Origin: Botryllus schlosseri | Taxonomy: Eukaryota | DNA length: 64,000 bases | Assembly (NCBI GenBank): GCA_051294905.1 | Contig: CM119372.1 | Span: forward strand, 26,600,001 to 26,664,000 | Reading direction: 5' to 3' | Part shown: positions 1 to 11,847 of the stretch, in pieces | How the letters are laid out: every line of letters begins with the position of its first letter | Numbering within the stretch: the first letter of the stretch is position 1 | Program-made: the position numbers and the translations under genes | Notes under the pieces: model-generated | The model's input: the letters and a program-made list of their open reading frames with translations, nothing else | Database searches by the model: none | What the model was told of the DNA's origin: nothing

Positions 1-442
1 TGGTCTCCAATTTAAGGGCAAAACGAAAAAAAAATTGGCCGCAGCCATTTTCTTCAGAACGCCAGAACGTCCTATTCTTATGTATAATAGTATAAAACAT
101 TTTTTATGTATAAGACATTGTTAGACATGATCTATATCTGTCCGAAAGAAATAGAATACACTAGGCCCGATTTTGACAGAAATCTCCTGATTGAACGTCT
201 TCCGTTGAACGCGGTATCTAAACCATCTTAGCTTGTACGACACATTTCCTTCATAACATCGGCTGGCAACTATATAAAGTTCGATCTCTGCGTGACTGCT
301 GGAGCGTGAAACCCACGTGAATATTTCAATAAATTGCAGCTCCATTACGGTGGCGTTCTGAAGAAGACGGTTGCGGCCAAGTTTTTTTCGTATTGCCCTT
401 CAACAATTTGAGGCCACATCATTTTTAGAGTGCAGTGCCCCT
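1..442. mobile_element. Palindromic MITE with TTAA-flanked right end (Kolobok/piggyBac-like); left end outside the window
   Basis: 1-65 is the reverse complement of ~352-417. Ends ...GTGCCCCT followed by TTAA (443-446). Confidence 0.55.
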
Positions 443-3442
443 TTAAGTGCTGGAATGTATGAAGAGCTATCTCATAACGACATAATATGATGTTGTAGTA
501 ATGATATGCTCAGGACCGTAACAGCACTTCGTCAGCACCCCAAACAAACGCTGGTCTTTGGCCCCAATAGAGTGATAAACCAAACCCAGTGCCCTCATTC
601 CGTCCTACATGTTATCACTACGATCGTGGTCTTGATATCGGTGGTTGCTGTGTGGTTGCAGTATATACGCACGTATAGCGCAAAAAATCAAATACATGGT
701 GGAATTCGGTCAATGAAATTGGAAATGCATATATTACTGTAGAATTTTTGACTACTAGCCCACGTTCTCAGATTTACCGTTGGTACTGACGGCATTGATG
801 TATCCTAATATTTAGGGCCCGTAATTAATACTTATGCATCTTCGGGGGCGCCCGTTGTTATCAATTACTTTGTTGTGCGTTGTTATTTCATGACCTCCCG
901 TCTGCTACATAGTCAAAAGATTGTCGGAATCGCCGCAACGCACCAGACCTAAAGAACTTCTTTCGTACGACGCACACGAGTCGGCACGACTCAAAAGTGG
1001 AATTTCTTTACGGGGTGCAAAAGTTTTCTCTACGGTTGGCATTTGAAAGGTGGTATAGGATTGCCAGGAATAGGTTATTATGCGCCATCTATTGAGGCGC
1101 CTATGGTCTAGGCAAAATTCGACACTTATATAATATATAGGTTACCGCCAACATGAGGCGGTTCTTTGACTTCAAGTTTTCCTCGCCGCCGAGCTTTTTG
1201 GCAGCACTTCGCATTCGCATGTTAGCCGAAACGTCATTGTCGACGTCTTGGTGTGTAGTGACGCGGTAATGGCCGTCGCCGAAATGCTTATCTCAATAAA
1301 TTATGCTTTATGGGGGGGGGGGGGGGGTACCCATATTAATATCATGACATCTAGCAACAATAAATCTCATGAAGCGGGAAGAAAATTTGTTTAAAGCTCT
1401 ATAAACATATAACATACCCTATAATTTATGTTAATTCACGAAATAATTTTGGGCCCCTCTTCGAGCTCGCCCCCCCCAAATTGGTGCGGGGTGGGGTGCT
1501 GCAGCTCCGGTCCTGGTTATGCATTTCAGTTTATTTCAATTTATTTCAGTTTATTCAATGTATGTATTTTAATGTATTTTCATGTATAATGTATGTATTT
1601 CAATGCCAATCTGCGTCTATCTAACTAACCGATATAGGATCTATAGAAGTCTATGTGCATATTTTGTATTAGCTGGATGGTGAGATCCAGAGGTAGGCTA
1701 CCTACCTTTAAGTTTTCGTTATAACTACCCAACACGAATGTTTTCATCTGGATCCATGCGTACTCCGAAGTTCGAAGTGCGGCTCCGACATCCAAAAAGG
1801 TTGGGAACCACTACTATTGATAGATTAAATACAGCATGAAATGCTGGCAAACCGAGAGCGCCGCTAGTGAGCTATTTTGCTTTTGAACAAAAATCCTTCT
1901 GGTGACACAATTGTGGATAGCGGACTTTAGGAAAGTGGATACGATTGCCGACTTATGGAAAATGACTTATTACTGTCATTCATAATCCGACAAGGTCTGA
2001 GGTTGTTATCCTCAACAGACAGGGTTATATATCAGAAAATTCAGACATGCATGGCATGTTGTTATCAATTTGAGGAAACATGGGACGGAACGAAAATAAC
2101 GAATAGCAGTCAATAGTTTCACAAGACAGATTGCGGTTGCTGGATAGTTGAGCTAAATTTGCACTAAAAACAAGAAGTGACCGAGAAGACAAAACTGTTG
2201 GGAAGCATTGCGCTATGTATAGCGAATATCTTCTCTAACTGATGTTGCTTTTGCTGTTATGCATTTTCCACTACTCACATACCGTAAATCGTGGATACAA
2301 ATACTACCTTTTTACGTAGCCTGCGTGCGAAGTGCTAATGAGATTTATTTGCAAATCTGACTCGAAACGGGTCAGTACCTCATCAAACATGACTTTTGGC
2401 TAAGCTTGATGGCCGGTGATGACCTTTTTTAGTCATCAGTGGGGCGATTATTTTTGACGCGTCTAAAAAGTCAACATTTTGTCAAAATTGTAGCGTTAAG
2501 TCAAAAAATTGTCAATTTTTTTACAAAGTCCAACATTTTTGCAACTTGCATTTCGTTTCTATCGTAGATGTTTGCACTGCCGATGAACTTGTCGGTTGAC
2601 ATTTTACATCTTGTACCTTAATTTATAGGCCTACCGTTGTAGATGGTCCGTTATCCACTCATTGTAAATCAAAGAATTTTTTAACTCGAAGACTTTTCGT
2701 GTGCCCTTTATCAAGAGTTAACGGTACAATAATAAGCATACAGAAAGAGATTCAAACGAAAACCAAATTGGCAAAGTATGACGTAATAACACATAATAAA
2801 AAATGGAACGCTGGGCTGTGATAGTCGGGAGTCGGGACCAGTGGTGCCACTCCTAGTGTTTTTACACTAGATTTAGTGTATTTCGACTTGACCTAGTGTT
2901 CTAGTGTATGTTTCATCAAAAGTCTGCAAATCTAGTGTTTTTCATGAAAAATTACATTCAAATTGAGATGTCATTTTGACGTTCCTTACATAATATACAG
3001 TTTAAGGAATGATAATTATAATCCGTTCACACTTGCACATTTAGCGTAAGAACAAACCCAATACGTAAATTGCCTTGCTGTCGCTCATTTCTTTCACTGG
3101 CAGAGTGAAGATCCGTACCTGAGACCGGTTTTAAGTCCGAAATTGGAACCGATGACAGAAGCGAAAATAATAGCTTGCAGAAACGTAGGAAAGTATCATT
3201 CGTTGTACTACAACAAATCTTAATTAATTATACCATAATGCGTGCCGTAACTACTGGGATTCTTCATAGGACGAGATTTCGTTAAAACAAAATTTTTCAT
3301 GTATAAATTTGTCAGTTCGTAAGTTAAAACACGTTTTTTTAGCTAACTACTTCGTAAGGACAGACAGTTCCCACCAGAAATGATGATAAGTAGTGCGATT
3401 CTAATATTATGTGCAAAAACGCCTAATTTACATACATGGGGG

Positions 3443-3637
3443 CAATGTTCCCTCTAAGCTGCGCACGTGCGCAAATGCGCAGTGATGACACGGTGTCTGC
3501 GCACAGAAAATTCAAGTTGCGCACAGAAAATCTGAAGTGATGACCTTTTTTTAGTCGTTATACGCACTGTTGTCCAAGGGTCTGCGCAGTGAGTTGGTGA
3601 GTGTGCGCAGACTCTTCGAAAATTAGAGGGGACATTG
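3443..3637. mobile_element. hAT-type MITE
   Basis: TIR CAATGTTCCCTCTAA / TTAGAGGGGACATTG. Perfect 8-bp TSD CATGGGGG. Internal TGCGCA repeats. Confidence 0.88.
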
Positions 3638-4474
3638 CATGGGGGCAGACTTTTGTCAAAATTAAGTTTTTTAAGGTCAAAATCTTCCGCTTTTACGTAA
3701 AAAAAATTGCCGTAGTCTGCTAGTCATCAGCTTCCTAAATGAAACTCCGAATTCGGACGTCCTTGTATTTTGTTACATGTCTATGGAATGAGTAGCCAAT
3801 CTGCGGTTCCCGAGCCGACGCGGCTTTTCTGTCTCTGCAGCGGCTCGTCGTAGCTGTGAAACAAAATAAATGTATATTGAAGAATCTGTTTCAAGAAATA
3901 ATATTTCTTTTCAGTGAATATTCTTATCTCGGGCATGTTATCCATCGTTAATTGAATAATTTTACGGTAGTTATTAGTTATTGGCATTATTACTAATAAC
4001 TAAAGCACCAATGAGTGTAAAAAAACACAATTTATTTTGCTCAGTTCAACTGTTTGTCTTGAAGAGACTCTTGTTGGAACTTCAATATACAATTGAATAA
4101 TATATTCATATTCATATTGAAACAAACCCAACTATTTTCGACTGACATTCATCAGTAACTCGTAGAGCTTTATATTCGGAGTTTAACATTGCTCTCAGCC
4201 GGGGTTGCATTTAAAACAAATGGTTGTTCAAAACAAAGGCATTTTTAAAGTTGTAAATTTATGCTATAATTGTGTAAATACTTTCCAAAAAACATGTTGT
4301 ATGAGCCTACAGACAATTACCACCCGATAAACCCGACGCATATCGATATGGGATGGTTGGAACCCTCAAAATAGTCAGTTCAATCTTTATAGTACGGATA
4401 TTTCGTCAAAGGAGCTATATTCACCGTATATTTTCAATAGTCAATGCCAATCCATTATGACAGGGGCTCTCAAC

Positions 4475-5715
4475 CAGAGGTGGTTCAAGTAGTCAAGAAA
4501 GCTACTCAAGTAGAAGTAGAAGTAGCGACACAAATTTCTACTCAAGTACAAGTCGAAGTACTTCTTCTGAAAGTGGCCAACGACTACTTAAAGTAGAAGT
4601 AGAATATCCTGGCTTTTAATCTACTCAAGTAAGTAAGTAGTAAAACGGTCATAATAAGTTCCATGGACTGTAAAAAATGCGAATTGAGCTACGCGGAACG
4701 TGCAGAGAGATAGATTCATATTGATGCATCAGAGGAGGTATCAATGCTCGAGAGCATTAGCGTTCGTCCCCATCATGGGATGGAAATGATGGTATCGCTG
4801 TGGAAATGCGATACTCTTTTTTGTTCACTCGAACACCCAGTTTAAAAAAATGTAATAGTCTGGCGCCCTCGCCTATAATATAAGGCCCGTAGCTCAGTGG
4901 AAGAGTAATGTCGAGAAGCTGTATCCGATACGGTGTTAGAATTAACACTTTGAGAGATTAGCATACGTTAATAAAAATATAGCGGATCGTAAAAATGCCA
5001 CATAGAGTAATTTTATTTTCAGAAAATAGAGGCATTACTGCACTTGCTTTTAAACTTCGACATGTAAGTTCTCCAAACAAAGGAAGTGAAACTAAGTATA
5101 ACTTAAAGTAATGATACTACGTATTAAAAGAGTAGTACAATTACTACTTCTGAAAAGCGCAAAATAGAATCCAAGTCACTTGTCCTGATAGCATCAACAG
5201 TGGTCTGCTAAAGCAGGTCTGACGCTCAAAACGTCAGAGACCACTTTACCAAAATAGGACATGTCATGCTGGGCTGCAAGACTACGACATGAAAGGTGGA
5301 TGTTAGATTGCGAAACGGTAGTTTCAAACGTTTTGATGGGTCATATTTACTGTGATAATACGGTGTGAACGGAGCCACGCAATCCGCTACCTATTTCATA
5401 ACCTATTCACCAATACTTTTGTGAAAACATATTTGTCACTCCATATGTACTTTGCGCGAAGCGCGACGAAAATTCTGAGCTATACCTAAAGTTAATAAAA
5501 ATAATAAAAACAGCTCCGAAATTCCCCAGTCTCTCCTCATAATTGGAGGATTACACTACTTCTACTTGGCAAACTGGAAATAGCGAAAAGTAAGTAAGTA
5601 GATCACAAAATATTACCAAGTGGAAGCAGAAGTAGCGAAAATGAGATCTAGTTGAGTAATTACGAGAAGTAGAGTATAACTACTCAAGTACTTTGAAAAA
5701 GTAGAAGTACGTCAA
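4475..5715. mobile_element. hAT-like non-autonomous element with ACTCAAGTA/GTAGAAGTA subterminal repeats
   Basis: Starts CAGAGGTGGTTCAAGTAG, with repeat clusters at 4475-4640 and 5590-5710. Right TIR not found. A related truncated left end lies at 10361-10480. Confidence 0.55.
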
Positions 5716-5869
5716 CTTCCCTTGTATGACGGGCCGCATTTTGACAGCAAAAAACGCTGCATCCCGCAGAACATTATTACCATGCATTTATGAGCTGCTA
5801 TAAAATTTAGGCTACTGTAGCCTATTTATCAGTCGTATACGGGCACGGGCATTCATTACATTTTTATGC

Positions 5870-6800
5870 ATTCCAAGGCGTCGATGGACAGCGTTCGTAA
5901 ATTGCAGTTGCTGTTTTTGTGAGAATATGTTTCTTCCAGTGTCGCAAATAATGGAGCGTGCGAAGCATTCGTTGCCAATTCGGTGTATATGCACCTTCAA
6001 ACCAGCCCTTCTACCATATAACCGAACTGTATGTTTTAATCCCTGAGCGTGAAAGTTTAAAAGTACGGTAACTTTTTCGTGACAGAGGCCAGTATCACTT
6101 TGATATCTCAGTGATATGAGAAGAAGTCAGTAGTTCGGGGTAATTTCTGAGCAAACCAATCAATCCTTCTTCTTTCCTTCATTAGCTGGAGCCCTGCACC
6201 AATAGTTACAAAAGTCAGCTTGGTCAAATTGATGATTTACGCTAGTCCCCTTCCAACGTTTGCCCTGTCAGCATTCCCTTGTTAAATATGTCCACTCTGA
6301 TAAAATGCACCCAGATGTAATGTCTGCGGCAACGTTTTTCAGAACATGCAATAAAAGATCGACCGATATTGCTTTTACTTTTCTGGTCACGGTTGAATCA
6401 GATAACTGTAGCTTCGAAATTTGTCAGGTGCTGTTGTCGTTGCTGCTAAGATTCGGAAACAGCGAATTGATGTTAAAGTTTTATTGAAATCACACCTTCT
6501 CTAGCATATTTCTTGGGTTTAGCGATATAGCAAGCAGTTTGGAACGATGCGTATGTAACGTCGTCGGCAATTTTAACAACGCCTCTAAATAGCTGGTAAC
6601 GTTTTTTAAGATCAGACGATATGTATAACTACAGAAGAAACTGTCGTGGCATCATTTCAAGCTTCTACGCTTCGTTACGACAACTGTTCTTCGACGAATA
6701 TGACACATCAGTTTTGCATTTATATCTGAGAAAGCAAATTGATTTTTCCACGCAGAATTACAAACCCAGTTGCCGCTGTTTAATTTCCCGTTCCTTGTCC
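5870..6800 (-). pseudogene. Decayed hAT (Charlie/GTF2IRD2-like) transposase
   Basis: Manual minus-strand translation gives ordered remnants SAWKNQFAF..NAKLMCHI, ASFQTACYIAKPKK, LQLSDSTVTRKVKAI, KLTFVT..GAPA and WPLSRK, with stops and frameshifts. Lies inside an element starting CAGGGGCTCTCAAC at 4461. Confidence 0.6.
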
Positions 6801-6871
6801 TTGCTTCTGTTCAAACCATTCGCGGTCAGTGAAACTCTTTAAAAGTGTACTACACAGGGGTATTCTCTTGA

Positions 6872-7871
6872 GGTTGCCAGTAAACTCGCCCCAAAGTAAA
6901 TTCGGCCCAGGCAAATTCGGCCATTACATCAGTAAATTCGGCCCACCAAGAATATTTTATTAAAATGTATTACCAACCGTTAACATGAATTAATTACATA
7001 ATTATACTATTATTAAGTGATTTGGATGTCAGGGTATGCGTAGATCGCGTAATCACGGGAGATAACGCGGATATTCACGGGGACCGAATTCACCGGTCAA
7101 TTCACTGGTTACTCGGTCAATTCTGCCCTCGGAGAATTTTTTATAAAAATGTATTACCAACTATTAATGTGAATTAATTTCATAATTATATTATTATCAA
7201 GTGATTTGGAGAACAGGGTATGCGTATAAATATATATGTATATATATATACCGATGTTTATGGGGCCGAATTTACCGACAGCCGAATTCAATCGGTATAT
7301 TCGGCCCTCGGAGAACATTGTGTGAAATTGTATTACGAACTAATAATATGTATTATATTACAGCATAATTATAATATTATTTAACCTGAACCCTAACACT
7401 AATCCTAACCTAACCCTAATCCTAACCTAACCCTAACCCTAACGTAACCCTAATCCAAAACCCTAACGCTAATCCTAACCCTAAACCTACTAATAATTAA
7501 TAATGTGTATTATATTACATAATATAATATTATCAAGTGATTTGGAGGTTAGGGGTTAGGTTTAGGGTTAGGATTAGCGTTAGGTTAGGGTTAGGATTAG
7601 GATTAGGTTAGGATTAGGGTTAGGTTAGGATAAGGATTAGGTTAGGATTATGGTTAGGTTAAGATTAGGGTTAGGTTAGGATTAGGGTTAGGTTAGGATT
7701 AGAGTTAGGGTTCAGGATAGGTAATGGTATTGTAACTGTTATTGATACTCTGGCCCAGGCCGAATTTACCGAGGGCCGAATTTACCGACGGCCGAATTCA
7801 CCGACGGCCAAAGTGACCGAGGGCCGAATTCGACGGGCCGAATTTACTTTGGGGCGAGTTTACTGGCAACC
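6872..7871. mobile_element. Non-autonomous foldback/Mutator-like DNA transposon with internal telomere-like arrays
   Basis: TIR GGTTGCCAGTAAACTCGCCCCAAAGTAAATTCGGCCC matches at both ends. Perfect 9-bp TSD TTCTCTTGA (6863-6871, 7872-7880). Repeated subterminal AAATTCGGCC motifs and ~185-bp internal tandem units. Confidence 0.88.
7383..7720. repeat. Inverted telomere-like arrays: (CCCTAA-type)n 7383-~7489 and (TTAGGG-type)n ~7547-7720
   Basis: Mixed TTAGGG/TTAGG/TTAGGA units and their complement, separated by a short AT-rich spacer. Confidence 0.9.
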
Positions 7872-8339
7872 TTCTCTTGAACAAGAGTCCAGCCGAATGC
7901 CGATTCAAAACAATAACAATCAACTCGAGTATGTACCAAGAAACCAGAACATATCAAAGAATGAGTAATCAAGCGACACAAGAGACGGTGCGATAAGTGA
8001 GCTAAGTCGCTAAATTAATATGTAAAAATCATGTGCCAGTAGTAATTGAGTTCATAATGAAAGACGTCGAGGGCCGCAAAAGAAAACGCAGAGAACTTCT
8101 GCACTATGACGTCACAATTGAATATTCGTGACGTCATGGATTGAAAGAAAACAATAAAAACATGTTTTATACAAGGGCCTTGTTTTAGACATGTTCGTTT
8201 TAAATTGATTTTCGTTTGAAATACAACCCTACTCTCAGCACATCAGAGATCTTGTCAAGGCACAATTGTCAATTCTGAGCTCTTATTGTTAAAGGTCATC
8301 AAGTCCGAGATCAGTTCACACCCATGTCCGTCTTTTCTG

Positions 8340-9098
8340 GTTGAAATTCATCGCATTTCAATTTCGCACCACTCTCCGCATGGCTCTGGCTGCATGAAAA
8401 TGAATTCAGCAATAAACGAGCATGGACTTTGCCAATTTCGATAATTATTTACTCGAAAGTTTGCTCGGAATATTCAGGTTTCCGTTTGCGAATCTTTAGT
8501 GATTCTCTGCTGCGAGCTTTGCCCGCAATCACACAATAGCAAGAAAGAGACACACTACATGTAGGAAGTCAGCGAATTGGGTTTATATTCTGCCAATCAA
8601 TTCTTTATATCGACGAAACTGATATAAAAAATGTAATGTAAAAAATCGTATCAGGCGTACGGGATTTATCTTGATTTGATATCCTTATTGTATCATAAAA
8701 ACCAATTCTGTCCGATTAGGGTGCTGGCTTCTGTATATTTCGTTTTTGAGAGATATTTGGTGCAAGTATTACAGAAACCGGTGTCTCATTCGTTAGAATA
8801 CATCTGTCCGGTCTGGCAGAGTCCTTGTCGAAATTGTTGGCAAAGCGACGGAAGATATTCATTTTGGGGAATTGTTATAGCATTTGATTGTTTCAGTTGG
8901 TATAATGTTTGAAAAGTCAGCATGTACTTCAGAATTGTGGCATAATGTGGCCTGATTCGTCGCCAGTTATCATGTACATTAATATATTACTTTTCGGAAA
9001 TGTAGGGTCGGAATTAACAATATGACGTCACGTGACGTGTTAGGTTCGTGTTCACGTTCACACGAACCAGAACCTTTCAGAGGTTCGCACCATCCCTA
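8340..9098 (-). mobile_element. Truncated inverted copy of the ~1-kb TAGGGATGGTG hAT-like family
   Basis: Ends GGTTCGCACCATCCCTA. The body is reverse-complement homologous to 28317-29324 and 30327-31317. Confidence 0.8.
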
Positions 9099-10512
9099 CT
9101 AGTTAGCTAATCTCTACAGTTACTTGGTTATCTTTGTTGTGAATCTGATGTGACGTATATCCTTTCAACAGACTTACATGATGCATTTTCAGTGGTTTTA
9201 GCTGCTTCAAGGACTAAAGCCGCCGAACTCTAAAATTTTTCGTGTACCACTAGTGGTACGCGCACCACAGTTTGAGAGCCACTAGTCTAAGAGAGTTGAG
9301 ATTAATTCAACAATAATTAACACAAAGTGCAAATAAATTCATTCATCAGAAATTATAACTACACTCCGCCAACCAATCCCTGAAATAAAACTAATTCACG
9401 TCGCTGTGTGATGTCCATATATTTATTGCATTTTCATCGGTAAGATAATACGTATATCTGAAACACAGTGTAGAAGCCCATGTCAAATAACAGAATCGTG
9501 GATAGATGGATACCATCCAATCCATATCCCGACCCGTTACATACCATTGGAAATCACAAAATACAAAGCATGTCATGACCAAAGCGATTTGAGTTGGGGT
9601 CGTGTAGACAGAAGAAATGTGCTTGATACGCTAGTTGTATCTCAGCTCAGAGGAGATATGAAATTGAAATTTCATTCGATCGTGGAAGTCATGTTTGGAA
9701 GATTAAACCAGATTCTGCTCGGATTTGCGATTTTCGCACTGGTGGGATAAGATTCTGACACCAAATTCGGTAGATTTCTCATTTCTCGTCCAATTTCGAT
9801 AATACGTGTCCAGCCAAATATGAAGTGGAAGGTAATATTGATTTATAAAGTCAAACCTGACTGCCTTTCACACTCATCTCCAAAACAAAATTCGCATTAG
9901 AAATAGATCATCTCAGACCGCTGCGTTGCTTACGGGCGGGTCACGTTGCATTTCAGTAAAGATAAACCACGAATAAATGAATAACACAGTTGCAAACTTG
10001 ATCAATACGAGGACCCACTCTTACCAACATTCTACTTACTAGCAATAAGCGACCATCATACGTATGCAACGGGCTCCAATGAAGAAAATGTCTACGATAT
10101 TTTGAATAAAAGCATTTTCTACTGCATCGAACGATTCGCAGAGAAACGGTGCTCGGAAAAATCGCCAGAGAATGGAAAATATGACGTCAAAGCAAACTAA
10201 GAATAAGAAAAACATTCGTCGCTTGTATGATACTGACTTGCGTTACAGACAAAAGCTACTATATTTGTCAACAGATCCGGGTAGAGCCTGGACTAATTTC
10301 TAATGTCTTAATTTACAACGACTTTTCTGCTGATTTCGTCGCATCGCCGTTGGGTACACGCAGAGGTGGTCAAAGTAGTGATTGTTGGTGCCCCAGAAGA
10401 AGTAGAAGCGGTGACATAAAGTTATACTCAAGTAAACGTAGAAGTCTGGGTTTCTAAGTAAGTAAAAAAGTAAGTATTTCAGCCTAATTTTGCCCTACAA
10501 ATTGAAAACTCC

Positions 10513-10925
10513 AGGATAGCGTAATGGTGGTGCGTCTAGCTTTTTGATCGGTAGGTCCTGGGCCCGACACCACGCCGGGTCAGACCAGAGACCTGATTAG
10601 TAACGCTGGTATCCATGACTTCCCCGCTTGGCGCTCAGCATTACTGGGATAGCATGAAGGGGTGGTGCGAGACTTGTACAAGGCTTCTATCTGCACCTTC
10701 TTTGTCCAGCGGCATATGCACGTCATACACTCATGGTATGCATATGCACAGATTGTGTGCATGTCATATCATAAGTCGGTGTATATGCCGCAAAAACATC
10801 AAGGTCCGTTACTGACCATCGGCCACCTCCAAATACACAAATGCTATTACCCCATAAAAACGTGCGTTTGTGGTATAGGCCGCGTGGATATTCGGATAAA
10901 ATCCCGCCAATGAAGTACCATACGC
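10513..10925 (+). mobile_element. tRNA-derived SINE
   Basis: A box TAGCGTAATGG (10517-10527), degenerate B box GGCCCGACACC (10561-10571), then central domain TGGTATCC...CCCGCTTGGCGCTCAGCATT. A homologous copy lies near 59990. 3' end approximate. Confidence 0.7.
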
Positions 10926-11171
10926 ACCGAAGCAGGGCGAACTAAAATGTAACCGCAACTACCCAGACCGATAGCAATGACTTCACACACACATTATGAT
11001 GCAACATGACTATGTCGAATACCCTTGTACACCGCGACGAGGATAACAGCCGCCATATTCCTTGTACACGTTGTGACGTCACACCGTGTGAAATCTCGAA
11101 GTTAATGGTGCGAAAGCTCTTTTAAGCCCTGTTGCAAAAACATACCCGTGCGGCAGATAGAGAGAGAGAGA

Positions 11172-11818
11172 GGGGCATGGACAGTCCGCGGATCCGAGCC
11201 GGATTCATACTTTTACTTATAAGGCCGGACTCAGATCGGAGCCGGATTAGGATTGTTTCAGTAACGGTCGGAGTACAACGGAGTACTGTTTAGGATTTAG
11301 CTAGAGCCTGGGTGGATGTTGACAGGATTCACCGGATCGGAGCTGGATTCATAATTTTTCTTAAACGGCCGTAGTCGGATCGGAGCCGGATGCGTACTTT
11401 TTCTGATACCGGCAGAGTACTACAGGGTAGAGTGCAGGATTTGGCTAGAGTCTGGGTGAATACTTGCAGAATGTTTTTAGTTTTGACCGGAGCCCGATCG
11501 GATTGGGATTCGGACTTTTATTGACAAGGCTGGAGTACTAGGGAGTACTGTTTAGGATTTAGCCAGAGCCTGGGGGATATTGGCCGAATCCGCCGGATTG
11601 GAGCCGGACCCGTACTGTTTCTGATACGACCGGAGTCGGATCAGAGCCAGAAGCACACATTTTCTGGTTCGATCGGATTCGGATTCGTACTGTTTCTGAT
11701 AAGGCTGGAGTACTACGGAGCAGTGTGCAGGATTTATCCATGAGCCGGGCGGATATTGGCAGCATTTTGAAGTTAAGCCGGTGTCGGATTTGGGAATCTG
11801 TCGAACCGCATCCCACTA
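11172..11818. repeat. Repeat with ~130-bp internal tandem units (CCGGATCGGAGCCGGAT / GGAGTACT...GGATTT.GC.AGAGCC.GG), likely a non-autonomous DNA transposon, immediately 3' of the GT31 stop
   Basis: Four to five diverged units are visible. TSD not resolved. Confidence 0.65.
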
Positions 11819-11847
11819 CCGTGTGAGCGCGCGAGAGCCTGCAGCTT

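Noticed and set aside
4120..4162. Hammerhead-like minus-strand CTGATGA-ATGTCAGTC-GAAA-ATAGTT
   Set aside because: Core words are present and the loop resembles the 51.6-kb ribozyme. Helix I does not pair, helix II lacks its closing pair, and no PLE ORF is adjacent. Possibly a decayed solo repeat.
7383..7720. Chromosome end-to-end fusion site or true telomere
   Set aside because: The orientation is CCCTAA then TTAGGG, opposite to a fusion scar. The arrays are short, mixed-unit and enclosed by TIRs with a TSD.
10513..10580. Functional tRNA gene
   Set aside because: The B box is degenerate, there is no convincing acceptor stem, and the sequence continues into a SINE body.
11180..11800. CRISPR-like repeat-spacer array
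   Set aside because: Eukaryotic context. The units are diverged tandem repeats without unique spacers, and there are no cas genes.
11559..11816. 85-aa ORF with internal repeats
   Set aside because: Translation of the tandem-unit repeat, with no protein features.
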